A stretch of DNA of 64,000 bases from Ramazzottius varieornatus (lineage: Eukaryota; Animalia; Tardigrada). Shown here one piece after another: positions 1 through 12,616 of this stretch (positions are counted from its first letter, which is position 1; every line of letters starts with the position of its first letter). Under the pieces are notes generated by a model. It worked only from the letters and a program-made list of their open reading frames with translations, was not told the DNA's origin and did not search any database. The stretch is taken from the NCBI GenBank assembly GCA_001949185.1, contig BDGG01000006.1:602827-666826 (forward strand), written 5' to 3'. The position numbers and the translations under genes were made by a program.

Positions 1-2222
1 TTCAGAAGGACCAACTCTTTTACGTCAGCGAGGTCTTTCTCTGTCATCAAGCCGTAATGCGCCTTCAGCAACTCGAAAAGGGGACTGAAGTCCTGCTCTG
101 GTCCACTGTGAATTCCACGACTGATGACTTCCAGATCGTGATGCGCCTTTACAGTCTTCCTGATTACGTCCGGATTGAACGGAAACAGACCAACCTGTGC
201 GAAGCCTGACTTCAGGCACTGTTCTCCGTTAAGCGCGTACTTTTCAGGACAGCCTTCGGTTCGATACCAGAGCTTCACGATGTGGCACAGCAGGGTATCT
301 TTGGTAACCTATAAGACGTAACAACCTGATCACTCTAGAGAAACCGTGCATACAAAAAACGGGAACTCCGCAAACAAACACGACCATATCGGTTTCCAAA
401 GTGGCGCAGCGTAACGTTAATTTTAGCTGCAAGCGTACGCCATTCGTGAAAGCGATCAGGACGAGTTTAACAACCGAGCAATGAAATGGAAATCGATTAG
501 GATAAGTTCCACCAACTTACAATTCCCCTTTTACCAGCCGACGATCACGGAGGTACATGCGCCATTTTTCTTGATTCCGCCGAAAACAGACACATCAAAC
601 GGCTGCAGATGATTTGTCTGGTTTGTCGGAAGGCAGAATATTTCCACCTGCTTGGCAGTTTTCTCGTAAAGTTCTTTGCAGTAACGGACCAGCAGTAAGT
701 TGTTCACGTGGCTGAAATGACCGTCGACGAAAACAACGTTTTGCAAAAAGAATCGGACTTGAAAAAGAGGATTTCTTGAGAAGACATTGTGACATACCAG
801 AAGCACTGCTAGTACGCAGAACATTGCTCACTTGAACGAAGAAACAAGGCTGACGTCATAGCCTAGTTACTCGTACCTTGAGTTCCGTGACGGCAGGGAA
901 AAGTTTCGTCTTGATGTAGTTTGCAAAGTGCACTTGGTCCATGTAACCTGAAGCGTTCACTGCGTGATAGTCCGAAGGTATCACAGTCCGAAGGTATCAT
1001 CCAGGCGAGACTGTACATGGACCTTTCCGGCGTATAAACCCTTAAATTTGAGCTGGACTCCAGCAGCATTACCGCATGGCAGGATAGTCACGTTCTCCTT
1101 CTCGGTTCCGTCGAATTGCGAGGGGATCTGCTTAGCACCCTTTCTGGCAATGACACGACCGTACATTTCTGAAGTAGTGAAGGCCGTCTCGTCGAGGTTC
1201 CACACTTGCTCTGGTCGCTCGAGGAATCCTCTAACATGTAAGTCCTGTAGTTTGGAGATGTACTCTTCGCAGCGTTCCACAGTCCATTCTGTCCTTTTTC
1301 CTGTTCGAAGAGTGAGTGATGCGTAGAGATAGATCGCTGTGACGAGACAAGAAACGTTGAACATAATTATCGTTGACAGTCGTGTTCTTCAGGCCTGAAA
1401 TGAAAACTTAAAATGAGCAAATTAAAATTATTTCGTACCGAGTATTTCCATCGGTTGTTCCAACGTACCCAGACCAATAGCCACCTCGCAGAACAGCTGT
1501 AGACAGTGGTAACGATTCAAAGGGATTCCCTGATCTGAACAATACATCAAAAAGTCGACCAGACGATCCTCCTCCCAGGGTGGAAACTTGGTTGGAGCAC
1601 CGACGCGAGACGGATTTCGCTTTTCCATCCGACTCCTTAACGTGGTACGGGAGACGCCATTCGTTTTAGCAGAGCTGGTCAGACTTTGCCCGTCCTTTAC
1701 TTCACGGAGAGCTGCCTCCATAGACAGCTCCTTGTGCACTTGAGAAGCAGTCTTCAGCTTGCTAAGGCTCAGCATGTTTCAGGGAGAATAAGGCACTCAA
1801 GAAAACGTGAAAGAAGACTTTTTTATAAAATTGGCAGTGCGGTATTGCATCAGACCACGGTCACCAAACGGAAATTCGTCAGAGAGTTGTTTCATACCGT
1901 TCACAACGCTCGAAATCTTGAAAACAAGCTGAGTGACGTGTAGGATACTCATGGAAGCGACGACACAAGCGCCTCTCGAGGCCTACTTGATTTTAGTTTC
2001 ACAGGCTCTTTAGCATTAGCGCGACCCTTCTCTCTTCGAAGACCTCTATTTCATCTTCTGACCATCGGATCTTCTCCAGAACCGTTTAGAGCTTTAGGAA
2101 GAAATATTTTCTGATCCGTAAATCATACAGGATGGAAATCCATCCAGAAGTTACTGAAAAACAATAGCCGTCCGAATTATGTCCCAAAAAACGGGTACGG
2201 CCGAATTATGTCGTTTACCTCG
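1..2222 (-). mobile_element. Decayed pogo/Tigger-type DNA transposon (psq-HTH + CENP-B HTH + DDE_1 transposase, intron-containing), right end only
   Basis: Minus-strand fragments: MEAALREVKDGQSLTSSAKTNGVSRTTLRSR (psq HTH), EEDRLVDFLMYCSDQGIPL (CENP-B HTH), VWNLDET, VVFVDGHFSH, CLPTNQTNHLQPFDVSVFG (DDE_1). Frameshifts present. Terminus ...TTTACCTCG at 2214-2222 followed by TA. Confidence 0.85.
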
Positions 2223-2270
2223 TAGGCAAGCCATCGACATCACAGCAGTTTATCCACCGCAATAGTTATC

Positions 2271-3395
2271 CAGCATAAAAACCATGCACGGCTAGAGCAA
2301 CACCAGGTTCATGGGAAATGAAAAGGACAGATAATCAACAATCAAAACTCTAGAGTTTTTGTTGCGTTGAAACGGTCTGATTGATTACGGTCTGATGCTA
2401 GGTTTGATTTGATTTGAATTATTCCAAGAGCAGACAAGCTCTAAAGAGGACTTCAACGTTTGGTCATACGTGCTTTTTGCACCTATTGAATTCGACGGAG
2501 GTGAGAAAGGGAAATGAAAGAGTAGGAATTTTCGCGACGTTGTAAAGGCTGAGGTGGTCTCATGTCAGATTTTTGTGACTGCCAACCCGGGCCTGTGTTT
2601 GCTTGCAGGTCTTCCTGGTGAGCGGCGGGACCTCTTACGTTCGGTCTAGCGATACTGCCCACTTGCTCACCCAGGCTTACTGAGCTTGTTGTTGTACACC
2701 AAGATGACATTGTAACGAACCGCCAGGGCCTGATGCGCTGTTAGAGCGTTTTTCCCAGTACTATCAATAGATCTTTCCTGTTGTTTCGATATTCTGATCG
2801 AAAGACACAAAGGGGGAAGAAGGGGGCAAAAAAAGGAAAAACGCGAAAAACGAGATCAAGCTTCGAAGGCAAGATTAAAGGCAACACAAAAGTGGTATAA
2901 GTCCAAACATTCTCAGACAGGTTTGGGAAGTGAGAGATCCAGATCATTCAGTCGAGCGGCGAACATTCTTTTCCCGATGGCTGTCGCGACCTTGGCGTCG
3001 ATGTCTGTTTACTTGCTACCGAGTCGGTATTCCCGCATGGTTTCTCGGCGAGGGACCAGGTCCGCCATGCAATCCGAAAAGGTGTGGTATTTCTCTCGCT
3101 TCCGTAATCTAAAGAGCCACTGCGCATCCAACCGCGCCCACAACTGTCGTACTTTGTCAATGCCCCAATCGGTAAAAAGTTGACTCGTTGACTTACCGGT
3201 AGGGTAATCGGACAGAGCTGTGATGGCACTTCTCTGCGCTACTTCCACCATACTTACGTTCTTGTCGGTCGTCGCGGACCAGACTGGTGCACAGTAGGTT
3301 GATATGGTCTGATGCGGCATTGCATCAAACTTCAGATGTTTCCGATGATTCTCTCTCCATCATCCGGTTGTCTCCCCTGTTTTCCCTCGTTCCTC
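2271..3395. repeat. Dispersed repeat copy A, split by a LINE insertion; homologous to 11313-11540
   Basis: 2271-2404 plus 3295-3395 align contiguously with 11313-11540 (gcacggctagagcaacaccag...aaactctagagtttttgtt...ggtctgatgc...cctcgttcct). Confidence 0.85.
2405..3294 (-). mobile_element. 5'-truncated L2/CR1-type non-LTR retrotransposon
   Basis: RT C-terminal motif YCAPVWS..., then GKRMFAARLNDLDLSLPKPV after a frameshift. (TCAAA)n-type 3' tail near 2405. 6-bp TSD TAGGTT at 2399-2404 and 3295-3300. Empty site visible in the 11313 repeat copy. Confidence 0.85.
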
Positions 3396-3503
3396 TTGTC
3401 TGGTTGGATATGCGGTGAATCAACTCTGCGTTTACTAACACCATAGGGAGTTTTTGCGAATACGATGACGTACGCGCTAGGTCTCAAGATTCATTACTGT
3501 AAC

Positions 3504-5575
3504 CAGTGTTGAACGCGGTATCGGTATTACCCGGTAATACCTGTAACTGGTACCGATGTCGCAGTAACGATACTTTACCCAGTACTGACATGCGATAAGG
3601 ATACCTTACGGGAGGTATTTCAGGTATTCACCCGGTACTACCGGCCATTCAAGCTGCCGGTAAATACCGAAAGTACAGGAGAAAGCTCGAAGAATTAACC
3701 TAGCACAGTCTGCCTTTCCAACAATTGCGCTCGGTTCTTGGTGGAAAACCAAGAGCGCATGGATTTGTGTGCATACAGGCCAAACCTGCATGTCTACTAC
3801 ATAAGTGAGCCATGTGCGCGCCGTATACATGGGCAGTTGGTGCACCCACTTGCCTACCAGTATTCTGACTTAAGGGGAGGTTATCGTGCATTCTGGCCCT
3901 CTCGCCAAAAAATTAGATACGGGAGATGGGCGAATGTTTTCCGTGTGAACAGTGCTCCCCACGATGAAGTAATAGTCATACTGCCGCGTAGCGGTGCGCG
4001 CAACGCAGGCAGAGGCTATACTGCGTTGCTATGGACCCATGAACGTAATTTTGGTTTTTCGGTGCTCTATCTCGACTCGTGCGTTTAGTTAGGAGCACGA
4101 AAGTTGTGGATAACAACCTTTCCGACAAAGTGAGAGTTTTTTTAAGTAGCGACCTGCAATATTGATCGAGTAGTTTCAAAATTAGCAGGACAAATTGCCT
4201 TTGGAAGGCTGTTTCTGGGAAACCGTTGTGAGTCTCGATTTCCAAAAGTAACACTTTGTGAACACAACGGTTTTGATTCGGGAAAGAATTTTGGACGATT
4301 TTTTTCATTGACTATTTTTTACCCAATTTCCACCGTGGTCGGGTCGAATGTTCACCGTATTGAGATGTCCACTGACGGAATATTGGATCGACACGCGTCA
4401 GAATAATGGAAAACATTCGAGCGGCTTACGAAAATTCTGGGCAAGTGCGGTGTTGTTAACGGTAATTGGGACAACGGCGGACGAGTTCATCCGCATCACT
4501 TTTCCACGTGGCGCACGCTCTCAGTCAACTAGAGTGAAAATTTGCGCCACTCGAGATCGCGAACTATCTGCCGGAGTCCAAATTGTTTTCGGTCATTTGC
4601 TCGTAATGTACATGATGTTCGTTGAATTTTCAAGGCTCAAACCAACTCGATGCATCGTAGATATTCTGCTCAAAGCGTATCGACAGTGTGAGAAGGCCGA
4701 CGTGGAGAAGAGAAGCTACGTGTACAAGAGCATCTGGCAGACTCTGAAGAACCAAGACAAGCTGCCCAGCGGGAAATTAGTCTATTTTTCGAGTTATTTC
4801 CTCTAACACTAGGCTTTTCGGGCTGGTTTTTTTGGGCTGGTTCTGCCGATCACGTGCGCCCCTGCAACCTCGGGAAAGTCTGAATGCGTATTTACGGGCA
4901 GTGAGTTCTTAGACAGCAAACTGAACAACAAAACTACATGCAGGAATCTCTGTCTAGTTACATTTCCGCACAGAGATTTAGCGCATGTTTCAGTAGTTTG
5001 CAGCTTAATGAATTCAGTTGAGTAACGGTTGTGGTGTACTGTATTCTCTCCGGTAATTTCCCTATGTCACTCGAACGGTTTTTACAAATGATGCAAGAGT
5101 GAAATTGCGGTATCTGCCACAATGGCAAAACCGTGTCGTCATTAGACTCAATCGGGGACATGCAATCAATCGCAAACGTGTATTTAGTTTTAAACAAAGA
5201 TTAATCAGCTGTTCAACATCAGCTGTTTCCTTGTGATTGTTTCGTTCTTGCTGTGCCAAATTTTGTTTAGAATGACGTAGTAAACTGACGTAGAGCGAAA
5301 GCTGCCTGTTCGCTTCGCAAACTCTTTAACAAAGTGTCGCCTGTGACGTAGAAAAATTACTGGAGAGAATACAGTATAGCGATTTAATTTTTGACGGCGT
5401 TTTTCTAAACCGCTAAGAATTTGTTTTCCCGAATACCTCGAGTTACTTATTTTGATCTGTACTTTACCGGAGGTATCAACGGTACATCTGGAGGAATCCC
5501 GATACTTTAACGGCAAGCACAGCTGAAATACTTTACTTTACCGAGTACCAAAAACCCAATACCTGTTCAACACTG
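3504..5575. mobile_element. Non-autonomous hAT element
   Basis: TIRs CAGTGTTGAAC / GTTCAACACTG. Perfect 8-bp TSD ACTGTAAC at 3496-3503 and 5576-5583. Subterminal GGTA/TACC repeats. No intact transposase. Confidence 0.9.
3874..4050. mobile_element. Partial Kolobok-like MITE nested in the hAT element
   Basis: TTAA|GGGGAGGTTATCGTGCATTCTGG matches the reverse complement of the right end of 6070-6547, with internal homology. The other end was not found. Confidence 0.6.
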
Positions 5576-5576
5576 A

Positions 5577-5777
5577 CTGTAACTGCTTATACAGTATCAG
5601 CTCGTCCATATTCGATGTTTAGTTACAATCCAGCCATATGAGCCACAGTTCAAGGCTCTCCTTACGTTACGCTGTAACTGCAGTCGGCGCGTTTCAAGCA
5701 ATCAATGAAAAATCGCTTCGCAAAAGCAAGTTTACTCAAGGCGTTGAATATGGACGAGCTGATATAAGCAGTTACAG
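5577..5777. mobile_element. Small foldback/MITE
   Basis: Inverted arms TGTAACTGCTTATA..TATCAGCTCGTCCATATTC / GAATATGGACGAGCTGATA..TAAGCAGTTACA. The hAT TSD overlaps its left arm. Confidence 0.65.
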
Positions 5778-6069
5778 ATTTACTAAATTCCAGGCTACGT
5801 GCCCTTGGAATGGAAAATCGGAAGGGAATTCCTAACATTCCTGTATTTCTATTTTTCTTTTCCGAAACGTCCTCGCGGAAATCTGGAATTTGTGAGTTTA
5901 GTGCATATTCTCGAAAACAGTAATCATGATTCAAAATCATCAACAAATATTGGCTTCGAGACTGAAAGCAAGCTGGAAATTGACGATCCAAACGCCCGGT
6001 TTTGTGGGACCTGAAAGTCCAAGGAAAACTCAAGGACCTACGCGCAGTTAAATGCGCCGCAAACTTCAA

Positions 6070-6547
6070 GGGGAGGTTATTCTTTCAGAAAGGGTGGACA
6101 ACCGCAAATTCAAAACCGTCTAGTAATATAGTTCAATGTGTCCCCTGCATGCTAACCAGCAAAATCGACTTGGAAACGTTTATAGTTTTCAAGATATAAA
6201 ATTATGAAGCTAGTTGGATCAACGCGGAAGCAGCGTTTCTGTCATCTTTCGGAGAGAGCGACCGGGTACACTAGGCCTGTGCATGCTGATTTACTATCCG
6301 TTGGCTTTTGGTGCCGTTTTCGTGTTCAAGTTTAGTACTGGTTAGCTCCCGACCAGACGCACGAGTGGAGGTAGAACGCTGCAAGACCAAAATCGTGTTT
6401 GTTAGCGCCTTTGTGCGTTGCGCGCACCAGCAAATTGTAGTATGACCATTACTCTAACATGCGGAACGGTCTCTACACGGAAAACGTTCTCCTATCTTCT
6501 GTGTCTAATTGTTTCTCAGAAGGACCAGAATACACGATAACCTCCCC
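6070..6547. mobile_element. Kolobok/piggyBac-like MITE
   Basis: TIR GGGGAGGTTAT / ATAACCTCCCC, flanked on both sides by TCAA (TTAA variant). Confidence 0.75.
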
Positions 6548-7303
6548 TCAACGCGGTAGATCGAAAATGCTATTGGTCATTCGATTGATCGACCAATTAG
6601 CCTCAGTAGTCAGTAGTACTAATACACACGTGTAAGCCAGCATCGGGTTCAGTCTTTCGACAGGATCTGCTAGATTTTCGACTTACCTCGTGAAATTCCG
6701 AAATTTTCTCCAGCTTTGATGGTCTTCCAAATAGGAATTCCACCGTTCCAAACGGCCATCCGTTGGAGCGGAATTTGGAAAGGGATGGAGTTAGGAATTT
6801 ACAACCTTAATCCGATTGACACTCCACGCGCACTGTAAGTGCTTTAAGATTTAAAACACCAGTTGAATGAATACTGTCAATATTCGCTGCGTCCGCGCAC
6901 CACGTCATCGTACAAGTGGAGCACAGCCGCGGTCCGGTTTCGCGGATTGCGCAACTCCCTACGGGGGTGCATCGTTACGTACGTGTACGTACTGCGCGGA
7001 TGCAGCGAATATTTACAGTATTCAAATCTCAAAACTGACCCGCAACAACTGAAATAGTCTCAATTGCTGTCGTGAACTAAATTCCGATTATTTTTAGTTG
7101 CTAGTATAAATTCAGCTGGATTAAGTGTCAGCCAATCAAAATTACCGCAGCCCGAGGTACTCCAATTAATCGTAATTGCAATTAGAGTCAAAAAGTCATA
7201 TTGGAGCAACACTGCAGACTGCAGAGACGATGTGCTGAACGTGGCTTGCTGAACTGATTGGCAATCAATTCGGCCTGCTGACACTCGGACTCTACCATTG
7301 ATA

Positions 7304-8086
7304 CACAGGGGGTTCAGTAAATATTAAGGCACAGACCGGCTGAAAGTGCTATGTTCCAGAGCATGCGTTTAAGAGATAGATCATCACTTCTAACCACTAT
7401 TCATAAAAGATGAGGTACCTGGCAGTACTCGCACAGAAGGAGGAATAATTTTTTGAAAAGAAGCAAAATGTTTTTCAATTTTCCTCGTAAACTCGCGCAT
7501 TTCGTGATGTAGTTCCTGCATTATCCGCGCCTATCGTGATATGCAGTTTTTTCGAATATCTGGGATAAATGATTTTTTTAGCGCTTCGACAAAAAGGACC
7601 GAGAGTGTGAAGGGAATAAAGAGTGGAACTAACTTTTATCAGGAGTGAAAACCTGCAGCAGAAAACGGAAAAGTTTGAAAATTCCGACGGGCGATCAGGT
7701 AATGCACCAGCTAGTTTTACCCAGTTTCACTTGCGCATTTTGACTTGGTGCAAAAATGAGAATATTTCTCGAGCCTTTACAGCGATCCGGCTTGACTTCC
7801 TTCTGCCCAAACTAGTCACTACACATCCTTCGTTCATCCAGAGCTGAAGTCAAACTCGAACGTACAATGGGAAGAAACTACATTATTTCGTCTAGAACGC
7901 GGGGCCCTAAAAGAACTTCCCTTCATATACCTTATAAAATCTTTTCAACGAATGACATCCCAGCCAAGGCTGTTTTTTTCGGTATTTACCATAAGTTGCT
8001 TTCACTTTGTGCAAAAAGTTGCCAAGATCGATCGACCACAGAATTTCTGGTGAACACAACTTAGACAACTTATTGAACCCCCTATG
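7304..8086. mobile_element. mariner-family non-autonomous element
   Basis: TA|CACAGGGGGTTCAGTAA ... TTATTGAACCCCCTATG|TA. Same terminus as the mariner relic ending at 17236. Confidence 0.75.
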
Positions 8087-8309
8087 TATATGGATCATTC
8101 TGCTGTTACTGTGTCCGACTTTTTTCAGTTTCCACTTTTCGGTCCTTGCCTGACTAGATATAATTGATCTTTCGTTGTTTCTGCCATTAGTGCGCTTCTC
8201 ACCGATCGGTTCAACTGGCAGTCAGTTCTCGCTTGTGCATCTGAGCTTCACGGTGTGGTGGACGATCAGAACTCGCGGCTGGATTGACGTACATCAGCAC
8301 GACGAGACG

Positions 8310-10328
8310 ATGGTTCGTCCAGCGCGTTTGATGCGCTCTGCTGTTGGCCGGTTTTTCGAGTACGTTTATCTTAACTTTCAACTACTTCATTCGTACGATT
8401 TTATGGACGAAGCAGCAATAGTTTCTGTGTCTTGACAGGTACGACACGCCGAAAATTGTCCACATTCAAAGCTTACATATCGGAATTACTTATCGCTTTG
8501 TTCAACTCGTTATCATCAGCTACGTTATCGGGTAGCGAATATTTCTCACTACAGTTCATGACGGAGGTTTATGGTACTCGTACTTTAGCCGAAGATATTC
8601 TTTGTAGGTGGGTTCTGGTGTACAAGAAAGGCTATCAAGAAACGGACAATGTGGAAAGCAGTGTCACGTCAAAAGTTAAAGGTGTCGTCCTGACCAACTT
8701 CACACTCGATCCCAACGCGACCGCGGACGAAGAGAAGCTACGAGTCTGGGACACTGCCGACTATGTTATCCCTCCTCAAGAGAACGGAGCGTTCTTTGTT
8801 ACTACAAATATCATCATGAGTCCCAACCAAGAGCAAGGAATATGTCCAGAGGTAAGTCGCTTTGCTCGCGTCGACTCGGGCAGCGGGCAGTATGTTTTCT
8901 TTCTTCATACAGTGTACCAAAAAATTAACCGTCAAAAATGGGTGTTAGAAGGAGCCAGATGGAAATGGCCAATGAAATTTGCGCATGCGGCGGACTAAGA
9001 CCGTTATTGGTCACAAAATGATTAAGCTCCCGATTAATTGTCACACCCATCATTGACGGTTAATGTTTTGGTGCACTGTATGCGTCGACTTGAAATCAAA
9101 TTTTGTATAAAGGATTATTCATCTCGTCAGCTTGGCGCTTCCTGCTCGACGGGCTTCGATTGTCCTTCTGGAAGTAAATCGGCGAACGGTGTGAGGACGG
9201 GAACATGTAACAACGCCACTAGCACCTGCGATATTCGGGCGTGGTGCCCGGTCGAGAAAGATGTGGAACCACAGTATGTTGTTTTACTTCATTTATATTT
9301 TTTGTAATGTGTTGAAGCAAACACAGTTCGCTTCCTCTTTGCAGGAGTCCCGTTTTGCAGGGAACGGAAGACTTCACGGTGCTCGTAAAGAACCAAATAT
9401 TCTTCCCGAAATTCCGTGTCAGAAGGTAATTAATTTTCGGTACGTAGTTTGACTGCGTTCTCGCACTGAATTCTGCTCTGACTTTATATGATTCACCGTA
9501 TGTCTTATAGATGTTAATGATGTCTGTTTGAAGGAGAAATATTTTGGATGGCTTTGCAAAGAACGCGAGTTATTTGGACTCATGTTTGTACCATCCATCA
9601 GCCGATCCATTCTGTCCAATATTCCGTCTGGGCGATATAATCGCACTAGCTCAAGAAAACTACTCCACAATCGCCGTGAAAGGCGCCGTCATTGGGTTTG
9701 TAATTGAATGGGAATGCAATCTCGACCTCTCAGTGGAGTCATGCCTCCCCAAATACTCTTTCCGAAGAATCGACAACGCTGATGACGTCATCGCGAAAGG
9801 CTGGAACTTTCGGTACGAAATTTCCCTGTGCCTTTTTTCCAACTGTTGATAGTATTTGCGTTACTTTTGCAGGTATGCGAACTACTGGACAGATACAGTT
9901 GGTAGGCAAAGTGTTCAACGAAGGACGCTAATCAAAGCTTACGGTATCCGCTTCGTTTTTTACGTGTACGGGGTTGCTGGAAAGTTCAACATTGTACCGC
10001 TGGCTACGAATCTGGGCGCTGGACTCGCTCTCTTGGGATTGGTGAGGCTTCTTTGATAAAAATTCTCTCTCCGGGTAATTTCAAAATTTCTGGTTGCATT
10101 CTATTAGGCCGTAATATTCTGTGATATCGTGATATTGTACTGTTCGAAGCGCCGGCAGTTTTACTCGGACAACAAATACCTGAGAGTCCAGGATGAAGAT
10201 GCTGTATTGGTAAGTTTAGAGCATTGATGAAAAACAATGGCAGCTTTTGCAGGTCGGTTTCATTGTTGTTTTTCCAGTTCGAAGAGGACGACAGAAGCGG
10301 ACATTCCGGTGAAAACTTCTTTTCTTGA
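8310..10328 (+). CDS. P2X: P2X purinoceptor (ATP-gated ion channel), ~9 exons
   Basis: Spliced motifs FFEYDTPK, GYQETD..SSVTSKVKG, VWDTADY, WCPVE, CPIFRLG, GWNFRYA, LIKAYGIRF, AGKFNIVP, TM2 and YSDNK (YxxxK). GT-AG introns keep frame. Stop TGA at 10326-10328. Confidence 0.96.
8910..9078. mobile_element. Tc1-like MITE in a P2X intron
   Basis: TA|CAGTGTACCAAAAAATTAACCGTCAA ... TTGACGGTTAATGTTTTGGTGCACTG|TA. Confidence 0.85.
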
Positions 10329-11312
10329 TAATGCCAGCGCATTCCTCGCCGTTCTGATGGGCGGTATCATCCTCTCTTTGCTATTCTTTTTGTGCAGAGA
10401 AAGCAAGGGCGTGTTTTGTGGGCTTACGTACTTTGTTCCTGCCATGCTTTAAGATACTAATTTCTCTGTGATACGCAAGCAAGCAGTCATTTTTGCAATT
10501 TTGACTTTCGAGGAGACACTGATTTGAGAGGCTTCGATTAGGAAGGTTGTCCGTAGAGCTGCGCTCGAACAGCATAAAAGACTGTTTTTGCATGATTGTA
10601 GACAGTAAAAAAGTTGAAGTCGACCGACGTTGCGAATATGTTTATCCCGAAAAATCGCACACTTTCAGTATGTACCGCTACCTGTGTTGGCAATCGGGAG
10701 GATCGGGTTTTCTTGACCGTTCGTGGATCTTCATGTTGGGACACACGCCGAGCGGTCTGAGGTGGCGGTAACCGACTGAAGACAGGTGCAGATGGTGGAT
10801 TTGAGATGTGTCGGACAAAGAGGTACCGTACCGTATGTGGCGGCGCCAGCTGCGGCCGGCAGTACCAGCTTCCCGGCTGAAACCATTCTGGCGATGTACG
10901 AAAGGGTAACCGCTACCGTCTTCAAGTCATGTTGGCTAAGGACTCTGAAGTCTTCCAGTGCCTGCAATTTATGCACATCTTTGTTAGCGTAGTACCAGGC
11001 GACAGGCTTGGCGCAGGAAAGTGAAGTGCAGGCAATTAGCTTCGGGCCATGGCCAATTTTTGGTGTAGTGTACTGTACTGTTGTTCTCCATAACGGAAAT
11101 GCGGGAGACTCAGAGTATGGTCTTTGCGATGGAACTTACAGTACGTGCTCAACCGTTCGTGGGTCGCATATCGATGTTGAACGGTGGGTCTTGAACGGTG
11201 GAACTGGAATGGTGACTTTTGTTATGGTGAAATCTGACACCAAAGAAGAAGACATGGTGCCGGCTCGAAAAAAGGACGATTTTATCAGTGTCCATATAGT
11301 GAAATAGTTTTC

Positions 11313-11540
11313 CAGCATACAATCAGTGCACGGCTAGAGCAACACCAGCTTTATGGAAATAAAAATGAGGGCATATCAACAATTAAAACTCTAGAGTTTT
11401 TGTTACGTTGAAACGGTCTGATTGATTACGGTCTGATGCTAGGTTGATAAGGTCTGATGCGGTATTGCATCAGACTTCAGATGTTTCCGGTGATTCTCCC
11501 ACCATCATCCGCTTGTCTTCCCTGTTTTCTCCTCGTTCCT
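11313..11540. repeat. Dispersed repeat copy B (uninterrupted)
   Basis: Homologous to 2271-2404 + 3295-3395. Contains GGTCTGAT subrepeats and the hairpin GTCTGATGC-GGTATT-GCATCAGAC. Confidence 0.8.
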
Positions 11541-12103
11541 TCGAAGTCTCGGAGGACGATGTAAACTGGTCTGTTTGGCTTACGCTTAGTCTTCGTGTTA
11601 CGTGGAAAACCTGTGGCGAATTCCATTTCTCCGTTTTCTATCGGTATGTTTTTTGCTTGTTTATGGAAGACGTTCATTCTACAACACGGACACTATCGAT
11701 GATCTGCTGATAAAAAATGTCTAACCCTTGTAACGTGAGCGACCAGTCTCCACATGCGAATCATCAGTGTCTGGCAGACATGAGAGCAGTCAAACAGTGT
11801 CCAAGCCTTGTTCGAAATCATGTTCGGTTTCCAATGAGGGGAACGGTCCAACCAACACCGCGTGTCAAATGGTATTTGGAAGCATCAAGAACAGTCTTGA
11901 CCAAGCGGTCGGTAGAACTACATAGTATCAGGTCTTTCAGTATGAAATTGCCGTCTTTTGAGATCGCACTTCGGAACTTCGTTTCTGCGTTGTAATACGG
12001 CTTTCAAAATTCGGCTGATGTCCAACTTCAACAAAAGTCTCGTTGTTTTCTACCACCAAATTGTTCTCTCAACGTTGAAAGGCGGACGTAGAGAAAAATT
12101 TCA

Positions 12104-12616
12104 CGAGGGGATTTTTCCAATCCGCCGCCTCTGATGCTCAAACCCACATTCCAGGTGGATAGAGAAGAGTTTCCTCTATCGTCTGAGCCGAAAACCTCGT
12201 CATCATTCCCTTCTGGAATAAACTGGACGGTTCGGAAGTGATCGTCCATTGACAGTTACAGTGCGCCGCGATGACGTGAAGTTTCTCGATTGCCTCTTTG
12301 ATGACCACAGAACGATNNNNNNNNNNNNNNNNNNNNNNNNNNNNNNNNNNNNNNNNNNNNNNNNNNNNNNNNNNNNNNNNNNNNNNNNNNNNNNNNNNNN
12401 NNNNNNNNNNNNNNNNNNNNNNNNNNNNNATCGAGAAACTTCCGTCATCGCGGCGCACTGTAACTGTCAATGGACGATCACTTCCGAACCGTCCAGTTTA
12501 TTCCAGGAAGGGAATGATGACGAGGTTTTCGGCTCAGACGATAGAGGAAACTCTTCTCTATCCACCTGGAATGTGGGTTTGAGCATCAGGGGTGGCGGAT
12601 TGAGAAAATCCCCTCG
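12104..12616. repeat. ~190-bp inverted repeat flanking an assembly gap (foldback element or artefact)
   Basis: 12104-12290 is nearly the reverse complement of 12430-12616. Ends CGAGGGG..CCCCTCG. N-run at 12317-12429. Confidence 0.8.

Noticed and set aside
11596-11740. TGTTAC/TGTAAC starts suggesting LTRs
   Set aside because: No paired LTR, primer-binding site or clear TSD.
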